In this document: positions 34,608 through 44,010 of the stretch, piece after piece
Layout: every line of letters starts with the position of its first letter
How positions within the stretch are numbered: position 1 is the stretch's first letter
Origin: Rikenellaceae bacterium
GTDB taxonomy: Bacteria > Bacteroidota > Bacteroidia > Bacteroidales > Rikenellaceae
Assembly (NCBI GenBank): GCA_047178865.1
Contig: JBCQSY010000006.1
Coordinates: forward strand, 6,065 to 70,064
Length of the DNA: 64,000 nt
Direction: 5' to 3'
Notes under the pieces: model-generated
The model's database searches: none
What the model was told of the DNA's origin: nothing
Seen by the model: the letters and a program-made list of their open reading frames with translations, nothing else
Translations under genes and position numbers: made by a program

Positions 34608-35168
34608 TTATTCTTTTTCTACTTGTGTAAAACTTAACTCCATTGGAGTCTTGCGCCCGAATATCTTTACAGATACCGTAAGTTTTCTGCGCTCATTGTC
34701 GACACTCTCTATAGTACCTTGGAAGCTAGAGAAAGGACCGTCTGTAACTTTGACAGTCTCGTCAACAAAGAATGGTATCTCGTTCTCCTCCTCTTGTGCA
34801 CTTAGCTCATCAACGCGACCCAAGATTCTTGCCACCTCAGCCTCACGCAGTGGTGTGGCAATCATTTTGCGGCTCTCCTCTTTGGTGTCACCCAAGAAAC
34901 CTAGCACATTAGGGATATTACGAATTATCGTAGGAATACGACCAACAAAGGCCGCCTCGATTAGTACATAGCCTGGATAAGAGACCTTCTCTTTGGTATA
35001 TTTCTTACCGTTGCGAATCATATAGACCTTCTCGGTTGGAATCAATACCTGCGAGATATAATCCTCAAGGTTATTCTGGCGAATCTCAATCTCGATATAC
35101 TCTTTGACCTTATTCTCCTTGCCACCTATTGCGCGGACTACATACCACTGTTTTTCAATATTGCTCAT
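34608..35168 (-). CDS. nusG: Transcription termination/antitermination factor NusG
   Basis: WYVVRAIGGKE, YPGYVL, DGPFSSF KOW motif, IFGRKTPMEL. Confidence 0.97.
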   Translation of the reverse strand: MSNIEKQWYVVRAIGGKENKVKEYIEIEIRQNNLEDYISQVLIPTEKVYMIRNGKKYTKEKVSYPGYVLIEAAFVGRIPTIIRNIPNVLGFLGDTKEESRKMIATPLREAEVARILGRVDELSAQEEENEIPFFVDETVKVTDGPFSSFQGTIESVDNERRKLTVSVKIFGRKTPMELSFTQVEKE

Positions 35169-35188
35169 TATCGTAAACTTTTAAGCAA

Positions 35189-35386
35189 TTATGAATTTAA
35201 GTTTCCAAGAGCTCTATATACAACCTCCATAAGACCCTCAAACGAAAGGTCCATTACAAGGACAATAACAGAGAAAATCACTGTTGCAACTATCACTACG
35301 ATAGCTGAGCTTTGAAGTTGCGAAAATGATGGCCATGCCACCTTGTTCACCAACTCATTGTATGACTCTTTAAAGTACTTAATCAT
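35189..35386 (-). CDS. secE: Preprotein translocase subunit SecE
   Basis: ELVNKVAWPS followed by one TM helix; position between tRNA-Trp and nusG. Confidence 0.93.
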   Translation of the reverse strand: MIKYFKESYNELVNKVAWPSFSQLQSSAIVVIVATVIFSVIVLVMDLSFEGLMEVVYRALGNLNS

Positions 35387-35457
35387 TGTTTTATATATTA
35401 TGAGGAGATACACCCCTCAGCTGTATATTATAAAGAGGAGACTCCTCCCCACTTGGG

Positions 35458-35528
35458 CAGGAGCAGAGAGATTCGAACTCCCATCAACGGTTTTGGAGAC
35501 CGCTATTCTACCCTTGAACTATGCTCCT
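35458..35528 (-). tRNA. tRNA-Trp(CCA)
   Basis: Reverse complement AGGAGCATAGTTCAAGGGTAGAATAGCGGTCTCCAAAACCGTTGATGGGAGTTCGAATCTCTCTGCTCCTG. Confidence 0.96.
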
Positions 35529-35566
35529 AAAAAAATCAGAGCGGTGTGAGTGACACACCACTCTGA
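35529..35566 (-). terminator. Intrinsic terminator after tuf
   Basis: TCAGAGTGGTGTG-5 nt-CACACCGCTCTGA followed by T7 on the minus strand. Confidence 0.8.
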
Positions 35567-35583
35567 CGAATTATATTGTGAAA

Positions 35584-36771
35584 TTACTCAACAATCTCCA
35601 ATACCTGACCTGCACCTACTGTACGACCACCCTCACGGATAGCGAAACGTAGACCCTTGTTCAATGCTACTGGGTAGATAAGACCTACAGTGATTGTTAC
35701 GTTATCACCTGGCATTACCATATCTACTCCCTCTGGAAGAGTCACCTCACCGGTGATATCCATTGTACGAAGGTAGAACTGTGGACGATATTTGTTGTGG
35801 AATGGAGTGTGACGACCACCCTCCTCTTTCTTAAGGATATAAACCTCAGCCTTGAACTTAGTGTGAGGAGTGATTGTGTTTGGTTTAGCTACAACCATAC
35901 CACGCTTAACATCCTTCTTATCAACACCACGAACTAGAAGACCTACGTTGTCACCAGCCTCACCTTGGTCAAGAAGTTTACGGAACATCTCAACACCTGT
36001 ACAAACTGTAGAGATTGGTTTCTCACCAAGACCGATAATCTCAACTGGCTCACCTACTGTAACAATACCTGTCTCGATACGACCTGTGATAACAGTACCA
36101 CGACCTGTGATAGAGAATACGTCCTCAACTGGCATCAAGAATGGTTTCTCGTTCTCACGTGGAGGGATTGGGATATATGTATCAACTGCCTCCATAAGCT
36201 CCATGATTTTATCCTCCCAAGTTGGCTCACCGTTCAATCCACCAAGTGCAGATCCACGGATAACTGGTGCATTGTCACCATCGAACTCATACTTAGAAAG
36301 TAGATCACGAACCTCCATCTCAACTAGGTCAAGCATCTCAGGATCGTCAACCATATCACATTTGTTAAGGAAAACAACGATCTTAGGAACGTTTACCTGA
36401 CGTGCAAGAAGAACGTGCTCGTTAGTTTGTGGCATAGGACCATCAGTTGCAGCAACTACCAAGATAGCACCGTCCATCTGAGCAGCACCAGTAACCATGT
36501 TCTTTACGTAGTCGGCGTGACCTGGACAGTCAACGTGAGCGTAGTGACGGTTAGCAGTTTGATACTCAACGTGAGCAGTGTTGATAGTGATACCACGCTC
36601 TTTCTCCTCAGGAGCATTGTCGATAGAGTCGAATGAACGAAGCTCTGAAAGACCCTTATTAGCCAATACAGTTGTAATAGCTGCAGTAAGAGTAGTCTTA
36701 CCGTGGTCAACGTGACCGATAGTACCTACGTTTACGTGAGGTTTCGAACGGTCGAATTTTTCTTTAGCCAT
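35584..36771 (-). CDS. tuf: Elongation factor Tu
   Basis: [28 protein letters not shown]. Confidence 0.99.
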   Translation of the reverse strand: MAKEKFDRSKPHVNVGTIGHVDHGKTTLTAAITTVLANKGLSELRSFDSIDNAPEEKERGITINTAHVEYQTANRHYAHVDCPGHADYVKNMVTGAAQMDGAILVVAATDGPMPQTNEHVLLARQVNVPKIVVFLNKCDMVDDPEMLDLVEMEVRDLLSKYEFDGDNAPVIRGSALGGLNGEPTWEDKIMELMEAVDTYIPIPPRENEKPFLMPVEDVFSITGRGTVITGRIETGIVTVGEPVEIIGLGEKPISTVCTGVEMFRKLLDQGEAGDNVGLLVRGVDKKDVKRGMVVAKPNTITPHTKFKAEVYILKKEEGGRHTPFHNKYRPQFYLRTMDITGEVTLPEGVDMVMPGDNVTITVGLIYPVALNKGLRFAIREGGRTVGAGQVLEIVE

Positions 36772-36903
36772 AGCAGTAAAAAAATTTAATTTAGTATAAT
36801 TAAAAAATATTTTCTATTCTCTTCGATAATCATGTTACTCTCTACGTAGAGGCAAGTAAAACTTGCCAACCTTTCGGTCAGCAAGTCATTACCAACTGCG
36901 TTG

Positions 36904-36976
36904 AGCGGAAGACGAGGCTCAAACTCGCGACCCTTAGCTTGGAAGGCTAATGCTCTATCAACTGAGCTACTTCCGC
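36904..36976 (-). tRNA. tRNA-Gly(TCC)
   Basis: Reverse complement GCGGAAGTAGCTCAG...TTAGC-CTTCCAA-GCTAA...CTTCCGCT. Confidence 0.95.
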
Positions 36977-37002
36977 ATTAACTCTGCAATCATCGATTTG
37001 TG

Positions 37003-37084
37003 TGGGAAGTGATGGATTCGAACCACCGAAGGCGAAGCCAGCAGATTTACAGTCTGCCCCATTTGGCCACTCTGGTAACTTCCC
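37003..37084 (-). tRNA. tRNA-Tyr(GTA)
   Basis: Reverse complement GGGAAGTTACCAGAGTGG...GCAGA-CTGTAAA-TCTGC, long variable arm, GGTTCGAATCC. Confidence 0.96.
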
Positions 37085-37157
37085 GAATGTTACTCTACAG
37101 ATTTCATCTCTTTCAAATCTCTCATCGCTGAGAACTCTTCTAAAGCTGTTCACTGTG

Positions 37158-37231
37158 AGCCGATGGAGGGATTCGAACCCCCGACCAGCTGATTACAAAT
37201 CAGCTGCTCTGGCCAACTGAGCTACATCGGC
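37158..37231 (-). tRNA. tRNA-Thr(TGT)
   Basis: Reverse complement GCCGATGTAGCTCAG...GCTGA-TTTGTAA-TCAGC...CATCGGCT. Confidence 0.96.
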
Positions 37232-37252
37232 AAAACTAATCGTTTCGGATTG

Positions 37253-37283
37253 CAAAGGTAGTAATAATTTTTTATTCTCCAAA
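37253..37283 (-). promoter_or_regulatory. -33/-7 promoter of the tRNA-tuf operon
   Basis: Minus-strand TTTG (37283-37280), 19-nt spacer, TACCTTTG (37260-37253). Confidence 0.75.
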
Positions 37284-37800
37284 TTTTCAGGAGTAAAAAA
37301 TCACACTTTTTATCAAAGAACTACTCAACTACCTCTGCTACATTCTATTACATAGAAGTGACTTTTTTACTCACCACCAACTTTACAGTTTGTTAGCTAT
37401 TAGTAGTTGAAATCGGGTGCAAATATAGGATAGTTATTTGAATAAAAAAAGATATTGGCTACTTTTTTTCACTAAAAAGCAAAAAAAAGTCTACTTACAG
37501 CCACACCTATATATATAAATATTAGGGCATCTTCTAAAACATCACCCAAAACACTCCCCAATAGCTAGCTAACATACGCACTTGGTTACAGCAAAAAGAG
37601 CATCTAATCAATCTCCACCATAGACTAAACAACAACACAAATAGTAAAAAATTTTAAAGATATATTTACTCCTTATACCTACATATAGCTATAAACAGTT
37701 ACTAACTCCGCTACAACCCCTTTAAAATACCCATTTTTAGCTATTGTTCATACCCACTATCTGGGATAACTTTGCAGGAGAAATAATCAAAGAGAAAAAT

Positions 37801-39150
37801 ATGAAAAAAATTTTACTATTATCCCTCTGTTTTGTTGTGCTCACAACTCAAGCACAAACTCAAGAGGATTACAAACTACTACTCGAAAGAGTCGAGGCGA
37901 TGGAGCAGTTGCTCTCTGAGAACCAAGAGGAGTCTAAGAGTGAAGAGCTTAAAGAGTCGATAGACAAAAAGTCACGTCTAACATTTGGTGGTTATGGTGA
38001 GATTACCATGAGTCGCCACTTCTACAGCGACAACTACAAGCGTTACTCAGCCCCAGCATACTACGCCGACGACGAGGGTTACGGACGAGTAGATATTCCA
38101 CATGCGGTATTCTTCGTGGGTTACGATTTTGGTAAAGGCTGGTCATTCGGAACAGAGATTGAGTTCGAACATGGTGGATTAGAGGTCGCCGTAGAGTTGG
38201 AGCAGGAGGAGAATGGTGAATACGAGACCGAGGTTGAGAATGGTGGAGAGATTATCCTCGAACAGTTCTGGATTAATAAGGAGTGGAGCAAGGCTATGAA
38301 TCTAAAGATGGGACACATAGTTCTACCAGTTGGTCAGACCAACAAGTATCACATGCCAAATGAGTACTTCGGGGTATTCCGCCCTGAGGGTGAGTCGACA
38401 ATTATCCCATGTACTTGGCACGAGACGGGCGTTAGTTTCTGGGGTAGTGCTGGCGATTGGTCTTACGAGGCGATGTTTGTTGCAGGATTAGATGCTGAGC
38501 GTTTTGATAGTTGGGGATGGGTCGCTTCGAGTGCTGGTTCACCCTACGAGTTCACCATATCTAACACCTATGCAGGAGCTTTCCGTGTCGATAATCACAG
38601 CGTCAAGAACCTTACGTTAAGCGTGAGTGGATATTACGGACATAGTGCATCAAACTCACTGAAAGATAAATACTCGGAGGATATCAGCGGAGCGGTGAAA
38701 ATCATCTCTTTCGATGGAGTCTATCGCTCGAATATAGTGGTTGCAAGGGCTAACGTGCTCTACGGACACCTCAGCGATTCGGACGTTATCACCACTGGAA
38801 ACAAAAGTTCTGGTACATCATCTATGTCGTCGGGACTACCCGTTGCTGAGAGTGCATTGACCTATGGCGCAGAGGTTGGTTACAATATTCTATCACCATT
38901 CAAAAGAGCCGAGAGCCAGAGCCTATTCCTATTTGGTCGCTACGAGTTCTACGACTCGATGTACACCGTAGCCGAAGGTGTAACAACCAAGGGTTACTAC
39001 TCACGTAACTGTGTGTCGGGCGGTGTTAACTATAGCCCAATACCTGCAATCACAATCAAGGCGGAGTACCAAAGCCGTATGTTCTCAGCACCTTACAATA
39101 CCGAGAACACCGTGATGATTGGTTTCACCTACACAGGTCTATTTAGATAG
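37801..39150 (+). CDS. Outer-membrane porin-like beta-barrel with N-terminal coiled coil
   Basis: Signal peptide, heptad-like DYKLLLERVEAMEQLL, FGTEIEFEHGG, LEQFW, GRYEFYD, terminal IGFTYTGLF. TAACTTTG -7 box at 37767-37774 lies inside the longer ORF call, so start moved to ATG 37801. Confidence 0.8.
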   Translation: MKKILLLSLCFVVLTTQAQTQEDYKLLLERVEAMEQLLSENQEESKSEELKESIDKKSRLTFGGYGEITMSRHFYSDNYKRYSAPAYYADDEGYGRVDIPHAVFFVGYDFGKGWSFGTEIEFEHGGLEVAVELEQEENGEYETEVENGGEIILEQFWINKEWSKAMNLKMGHIVLPVGQTNKYHMPNEYFGVFRPEGESTIIPCTWHETGVSFWGSAGDWSYEAMFVAGLDAERFDSWGWVASSAGSPYEFTISNTYAGAFRVDNHSVKNLTLSVSGYYGHSASNSLKDKYSEDISGAVKIISFDGVYRSNIVVARANVLYGHLSDSDVITTGNKSSGTSSMSSGLPVAESALTYGAEVGYNILSPFKRAESQSLFLFGRYEFYDSMYTVAEGVTTKGYYSRNCVSGGVNYSPIPAITIKAEYQSRMFSAPYNTENTVMIGFTYTGLFR

Positions 39151-39186
39151 CACACATATTATTTATTAACATATAAAAAAACAGTT

Positions 39187-40449
39187 ATGAAAAATTTATT
39201 CAATTTAGTTATCACCGCTTGCGCTACAGCAACATTGGCTCTAGCAGGTGCATGTTCAACAAACGACGCAGATGCGGGAAACTTCTTCCTCTTCGAGGCT
39301 AGTGGCGACGTTGATGGAGTAGATGTTCTTGAGTCTTACGCTAAGGATGTCGTTATCACACGCTACGAGAATCTTGCTGACAAAGCTCAGGCTCTCTACC
39401 ACGCAACTCAGGAGATTACTTTTGGTGCATCGGATGAGTCTACTAAAATCGCTGCTGCCGCTGCTGCATGGGTTGAGGCTCGTTTGGCATGGGAGCGTAC
39501 TGAGGCTTACCTATTTGGTCCAGTAGACCTCTACAAAATCGACCCAGGTATCGACTCTTGGCCTTTGGCTCTTGCCGACCTTGCAGTCTTTATGACAGGT
39601 TACGCTGCAGGAACATACTCAGACTACCACATCGCAAATGATAATGGTGAGAGAAAAGGTTTCCACGCAGTTGAGTTCCTTCTATTCGAGGATGGCAACT
39701 CTAAGAAGGCTCTTACTGACTTCAACAGCGCAGAGATCTCTTCATCTTATGGATTGAGCAGCGTTGCAGGAGCTGATGTTCAGAAGTATCTAGTAGCTAT
39801 CGCAAAGGAGCTATACTACAACACAGTTCTTTTGGTTGCCGAGTGGGAGGATATCGACGCAGTAGCTTCATACGAGGCAGCTGATGCACTTAGCGTTAAG
39901 ACTAACAATGGTGGTGGTTACTACGACGACTTCACAACAGCTGGCGACGACGAGAGCTCTTACTCATCTATCTCTGATGCACTTAGCGTAATCCTTGAGA
40001 ACGCAGCAGGTATCGCCGAAGAGGTTGGTGATGTTAAAATCTCAGACCCATACACTTCAAAAGATGTTCTTGATGTAGAGTCTTGGTTTAGCTGGAACTC
40101 AGTTTATGACTTCACCGACAATATTATCGGTATCAAGGAGGCATACTACGGAAAACTTTACAGCGGTCTATCTGACGACTACACTGCAACAGCTTTCGGA
40201 AGTGCAGCAGCTAACTCAATCAGTGCTTATGTAGCATCTGGTAGCTCAAATTTGGACACTCTAGTAAAAGAGGCTATCGAGGAGGCTATCGAGAAGGTGG
40301 CAGCTCTACCTTATCCATTCAGAAGCTACCTTAGCGATTCGAGCAAATCAGCTGATATCGAGGCTGCAATGGATGCTTGTCTAGAGTTGGTTGACGCACT
40401 AGCTATGGCACAGAGTGCTGTAAACGATGGTTACTATATAACTGAGTAA
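39187..40449 (+). CDS. Imelysin (peptidase M75 / IrpA-like) lipoprotein
   Basis: Lipobox LAGAC; AWVEARLAWERTEAYLFGP, IDSWP, GFHAVEFLLF (GxHxxE), EVGDVKISDP, ESWFSWNS. Confidence 0.9.
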   Translation: MKNLFNLVITACATATLALAGACSTNDADAGNFFLFEASGDVDGVDVLESYAKDVVITRYENLADKAQALYHATQEITFGASDESTKIAAAAAAWVEARLAWERTEAYLFGPVDLYKIDPGIDSWPLALADLAVFMTGYAAGTYSDYHIANDNGERKGFHAVEFLLFEDGNSKKALTDFNSAEISSSYGLSSVAGADVQKYLVAIAKELYYNTVLLVAEWEDIDAVASYEAADALSVKTNNGGGYYDDFTTAGDDESSYSSISDALSVILENAAGIAEEVGDVKISDPYTSKDVLDVESWFSWNSVYDFTDNIIGIKEAYYGKLYSGLSDDYTATAFGSAAANSISAYVASGSSNLDTLVKEAIEEAIEKVAALPYPFRSYLSDSSKSADIEAAMDACLELVDALAMAQSAVNDGYYITE

Positions 40450-40475
40450 CACACAACACAATAACTACAAAAAAA

Positions 40476-42257
40476 ATGAGAAAAGTTTTAAACACAAAAC
40501 TCTCTCTACTTATCATAGCTACATCTCTTCTTGGAGCATGTAGCTATGATACGTCGTTGAGTGAAGAGGAGTTATTAGAGCAGGAGCTTAATCCACTTGG
40601 ATTGGCGGATGAGTACTTCACAGGAGGACTTATGGGAACAACAACAATTAATGGAGTGTTCTGTTTCGAACAGGCGACATATTCAGTCTCGTCGATGGGA
40701 TTGGATAGTGATTTCCTACATGGAGAGGCGTTCTTCGAGGATTACTTCTCCTCAGAGAGAAACGAAGGTTACCCAATGTCGGGACGTGGACCTCTATACA
40801 TTCGTGAATCATGTATTGGTTGCCACCCAGGCTACGGACATGGTAAACGTATGGGAAACCTCGGTGAGGATGTAACATTCGACACCTCGAATAGCGGAAA
40901 TGGATATCTTCTAGTTGTCTACAATAGTGGTGCTGATAAAGACTTTGGTGATGCATCAAGCACAATTACTGATGGTCGTATCGATGGCCCAACTTGGACA
41001 GATGCAACATCTGATAACGCCTATGTTGCCGAGCTTACTGGTATGCCACAGACAAGGAGCGCAACTCCATTCCCAGAGCCAATTGACGAGAGCCAAATCC
41101 AAATCAAATGGGTGAAGTATGTCGACGAGCATGATAATAAGTATAGCGATGGCGAGAGCTACGAGTTGATATACCCCGAAGTTACAATCCCATCGGATGC
41201 TATCTATGGAGTCAACTCAGGTTACTTCGACAACCTCAACAGCGAATCGAAGTATGAGGTTCGCCTAGAGGCAACTATCGGAATCTACGGAACTGGTCTT
41301 ATCGATGCTATCACCGAGGAGGATATCGACGCTGAGTCTGAGGCTCAAGCAGATAAGTCATGGGGAGGTCGTCGTGGTGCATCAATCACACAGCTCGATG
41401 GTTCAACTCGCAAGGGTCGTTACACCTATGGTCTAACACGTGGTACATTGCAACATGGCCCTGGTTCAAACGCACTATGGAACATCACAAACGTCACTCG
41501 TGAGACATCCAACAAGCTATATCGTAGCAACTACGTCACTGCTGCCTATGCTAATGCAGTGTGTGAGGATGTTGATGTTATGACCTCACTTATGAACGAT
41601 AGCCACTACGGCGAGTTCTTGGTGAGCGATGACGACCCATCATCGACCGCCTCGAAGAATGAGGTCTACAACTACTTGTTATGGAACAATGCATATCCAA
41701 CCGAGAAGCTAACCTCGACTACCTACCTCGACCATCTCGACGATGCAACACAGCGTGATGCAGAGCTTGATTTGGACTCTTACACTCAGTTTATGGTGTG
41801 GCATCGTGGTTTGGCTGTTCCTTCAGCTCGTAATATCGACGATGAAGATTTTATCCGCGGTAAAGAGCTATTCTATAGCGAAGAGTTAGCTTGTACGGCG
41901 TGTCACCGTCCATCATGGACAACAGGCTCGGATGATTATGTTGGTGATGCGGATATGGCGGGTAAACTTCCGAAGTATCCAAACCAGAAAATTTGGCCTT
42001 ACTCTGACTTCCTACAGCACAACTTGGGAATGGTTAACAATATCCGCACAGGGTGGTGTCGTACCACTCCACTATGGGGTCGCTACCTCAACTTGGTAGC
42101 TAATGGCGAGAGTAGCCACCTTCACGACATGCGTGCTCGTGACTACTACGAGGCGATAATGTGGCACAATGGTCAAGCTAAATACTCTAGTGATGCATTT
42201 AGAGAGCTTATCAAGAGTGATCGCGACGCAGTGGTTAAATTCCTGAAGTCTATCTAA
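40476..42257 (+). CDS. Di-haem oxidoreductase (DHOR/DUF1111-type) c-type cytochrome lipoprotein
   Basis: Lipobox LLGAC; two haem-binding motifs CIGCH and CTACH; IYGTGLIDAI, PYSDFLQHNLG, RTTPLWG, LHDMRAR, EAIMWH. Confidence 0.9.
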   Translation: MRKVLNTKLSLLIIATSLLGACSYDTSLSEEELLEQELNPLGLADEYFTGGLMGTTTINGVFCFEQATYSVSSMGLDSDFLHGEAFFEDYFSSERNEGYPMSGRGPLYIRESCIGCHPGYGHGKRMGNLGEDVTFDTSNSGNGYLLVVYNSGADKDFGDASSTITDGRIDGPTWTDATSDNAYVAELTGMPQTRSATPFPEPIDESQIQIKWVKYVDEHDNKYSDGESYELIYPEVTIPSDAIYGVNSGYFDNLNSESKYEVRLEATIGIYGTGLIDAITEEDIDAESEAQADKSWGGRRGASITQLDGSTRKGRYTYGLTRGTLQHGPGSNALWNITNVTRETSNKLYRSNYVTAAYANAVCEDVDVMTSLMNDSHYGEFLVSDDDPSSTASKNEVYNYLLWNNAYPTEKLTSTTYLDHLDDATQRDAELDLDSYTQFMVWHRGLAVPSARNIDDEDFIRGKELFYSEELACTACHRPSWTTGSDDYVGDADMAGKLPKYPNQKIWPYSDFLQHNLGMVNNIRTGWCRTTPLWGRYLNLVANGESSHLHDMRARDYYEAIMWHNGQAKYSSDAFRELIKSDRDAVVKFLKSI

Positions 42258-42308
42258 TCAAAACCTATTTATAGAGGCGAACTAACAAGTCGAAAAAACA
42301 CCATACTT

Positions 42309-42392
42309 CGTCATTGCGGACTTGATCCGCAATCTCATAATAAGCAGATAATCAATACTGTTTAGAGATTGCGGATCAAGTCCGCAATGACG
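42309..42392. repeat. Inverted dimer of a CGTC-tagged palindromic (REP-like) unit
   Basis: 42309-42336 CGTCATTGCGGACTTGATCCGCAATCTC is the exact reverse complement of 42365-42392; each arm is itself ATTGCGGA-CTTGA-TCCGCAAT; 28-nt spacer. Confidence 0.9.
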
Positions 42393-42571
42393 TATATGGG
42401 TAAGAGTTATCCTTAATAGTCATCCTTTTTGTTTTATAATAGTGTCATAGATAGCCTATACTGTGAAAATTATAGTTCCATTGAATAAACCCATATTTTT
42501 ATAGAATTGGCGTTGTTTTTTCGTTAAAATAGTTAATCTTTGTAGTAGAAAAAAACTATTAAAGAGTTAAT

Positions 42572-43321
42572 ATGAGCCACTTAAGTAGTATAATATCTAA
42601 GTTTCAAGGCATCTCTCTGGGTGAGATGGACGAAGTGAAATTGATGAATAGAACCGATAAAAAGTATTGGTTTTGTCAAGATATGCTCACCCCAATTTTA
42701 GAGGATATCGCTCAAGATTACTTTATTCTAGAGGTCAGCGGTGAGCGTAACCTACCCTACTCCACTACATACTACGACACCGAAAGTAATGAGATGTTCC
42801 AAAACCACCATCGTGGCAAACTCAATCGTTACAAGATACGTCGTCGCAACTACATCTCCACGCAGAGTAGTTTTCTGGAGGTTAAATTCAAAAGCAACAA
42901 AGGTCGAACCATCAAGACCCGACAGACATGTGACTACAACATCAGCGGATTTAGCGATTCGGAGCGAGAATTTATTGCAAAAAACACACCCTATTCATGT
43001 GATAAACTACGCAAGGTTTTAGAGAATAGATTCTACCGTTTGATGTTGGTGAGTCGGAGTATGGATGAGCGTTGCACTATCGACAGCTCGCTGAGTTTTA
43101 GTGGTGAAGGTGGCTCATCGAGCCTTGATAATATGGTTATCGTCGAGGTAAAAAGAGATGGAAAGAGCCCAAGCAGAATCATTGATGCGCTCAATGCTCG
43201 ACGCATTAAACCCTCAGGATTTAGCAAATACTGCATCTGTCGCAGCTATATCGACCAGGGATTAAAGAGGAATAATTTCAAAGGCAAGCTCCGTGAAATA
43301 GGGCGGAAAACAGGTAACTAA
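42572..43321 (+). CDS. VTC (polyphosphate polymerase) domain protein, CYTH-like
   Basis: LMNRTDKKY, TTYYDT, RYKIRRRNY, FLEVKFK, RCTIDSSL, IVEVK, FSKYC; no TM segment. Confidence 0.88.
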   Translation: MSHLSSIISKFQGISLGEMDEVKLMNRTDKKYWFCQDMLTPILEDIAQDYFILEVSGERNLPYSTTYYDTESNEMFQNHHRGKLNRYKIRRRNYISTQSSFLEVKFKSNKGRTIKTRQTCDYNISGFSDSEREFIAKNTPYSCDKLRKVLENRFYRLMLVSRSMDERCTIDSSLSFSGEGGSSSLDNMVIVEVKRDGKSPSRIIDALNARRIKPSGFSKYCICRSYIDQGLKRNNFKGKLREIGRKTGN

Positions 43322-43335
43322 AATATGTACAAATT

Positions 43336-44007
43336 ATGATTGAATGGATGGAGTCTCTCCGTTTTCTGGGGATTAGACTTATTGATTTTGAGGACTTTTT
43401 CGAGTTGATTTTTAGATTTCTACTCAACACTGGTATGCTGCTGCTGATAGTTAGGTTTCCATATCTAAAACATAGCGAGAGCCGCAACTATACCTTTAGC
43501 TTCTTGGCTGTAGGAACAACCGTGTTCCTACTCTGTTTCCTACTCAACAGCGTTAAATTAGAGCTAGGTTTTGCACTGGGTCTATTCGCTATATTTGGAA
43601 TAATCCGCTATCGCACCGATGCTATACCCTTCAAACAGATGACATACCTCTTTGTGGTGATTGGACTCTCGGTGATGAATGCACTCGCCAACAAGAAAGT
43701 TAGCTACACCGAGATACTATTCACCAACTGTGTCATTATCGCTGGATTGTGGCTACTTGAGAAGTTCCTCAATCGTCGCAATGAGGCCTCGATGAGGATT
43801 ATCTACGAAGATATCTCAAAGGTCAATATCGAGAAGTATGACGAACTTCTCGAAGATTTAAGAGCACGCACAGGCTTTGATATACACCACTTCCAGATTC
43901 AGAAGATAGACTATCTACGTGATGTGGCGAGCATTATGATATATTTCCACTGCAACGACAACAACCACTTCGTTGCGGATAACAGACCAGAAGAAGAGGA
44001 GGAGTAG
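43336..44007 (+). CDS. DUF4956 family membrane protein
   Basis: LGFALGLFAIFGIIRYRT, MTYLFVVIGLSVMNAL; several TM helices plus soluble C-terminal domain (IDYLRD). Confidence 0.88.
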   Translation: MIEWMESLRFLGIRLIDFEDFFELIFRFLLNTGMLLLIVRFPYLKHSESRNYTFSFLAVGTTVFLLCFLLNSVKLELGFALGLFAIFGIIRYRTDAIPFKQMTYLFVVIGLSVMNALANKKVSYTEILFTNCVIIAGLWLLEKFLNRRNEASMRIIYEDISKVNIEKYDELLEDLRARTGFDIHHFQIQKIDYLRDVASIMIYFHCNDNNHFVADNRPEEEEE

Positions 44008-44010
44008 TAG

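Noticed and set aside
37522-37537. TTAGGGCA shared between the region upstream of the porin operon and the palindrome upstream of rubredoxin-sod, as a common metal-regulator box
   Set aside because: Only 8 bp match, the half-site spacing differs, and the site is about 240 nt from the porin promoter; too weak without a genome-wide motif search.
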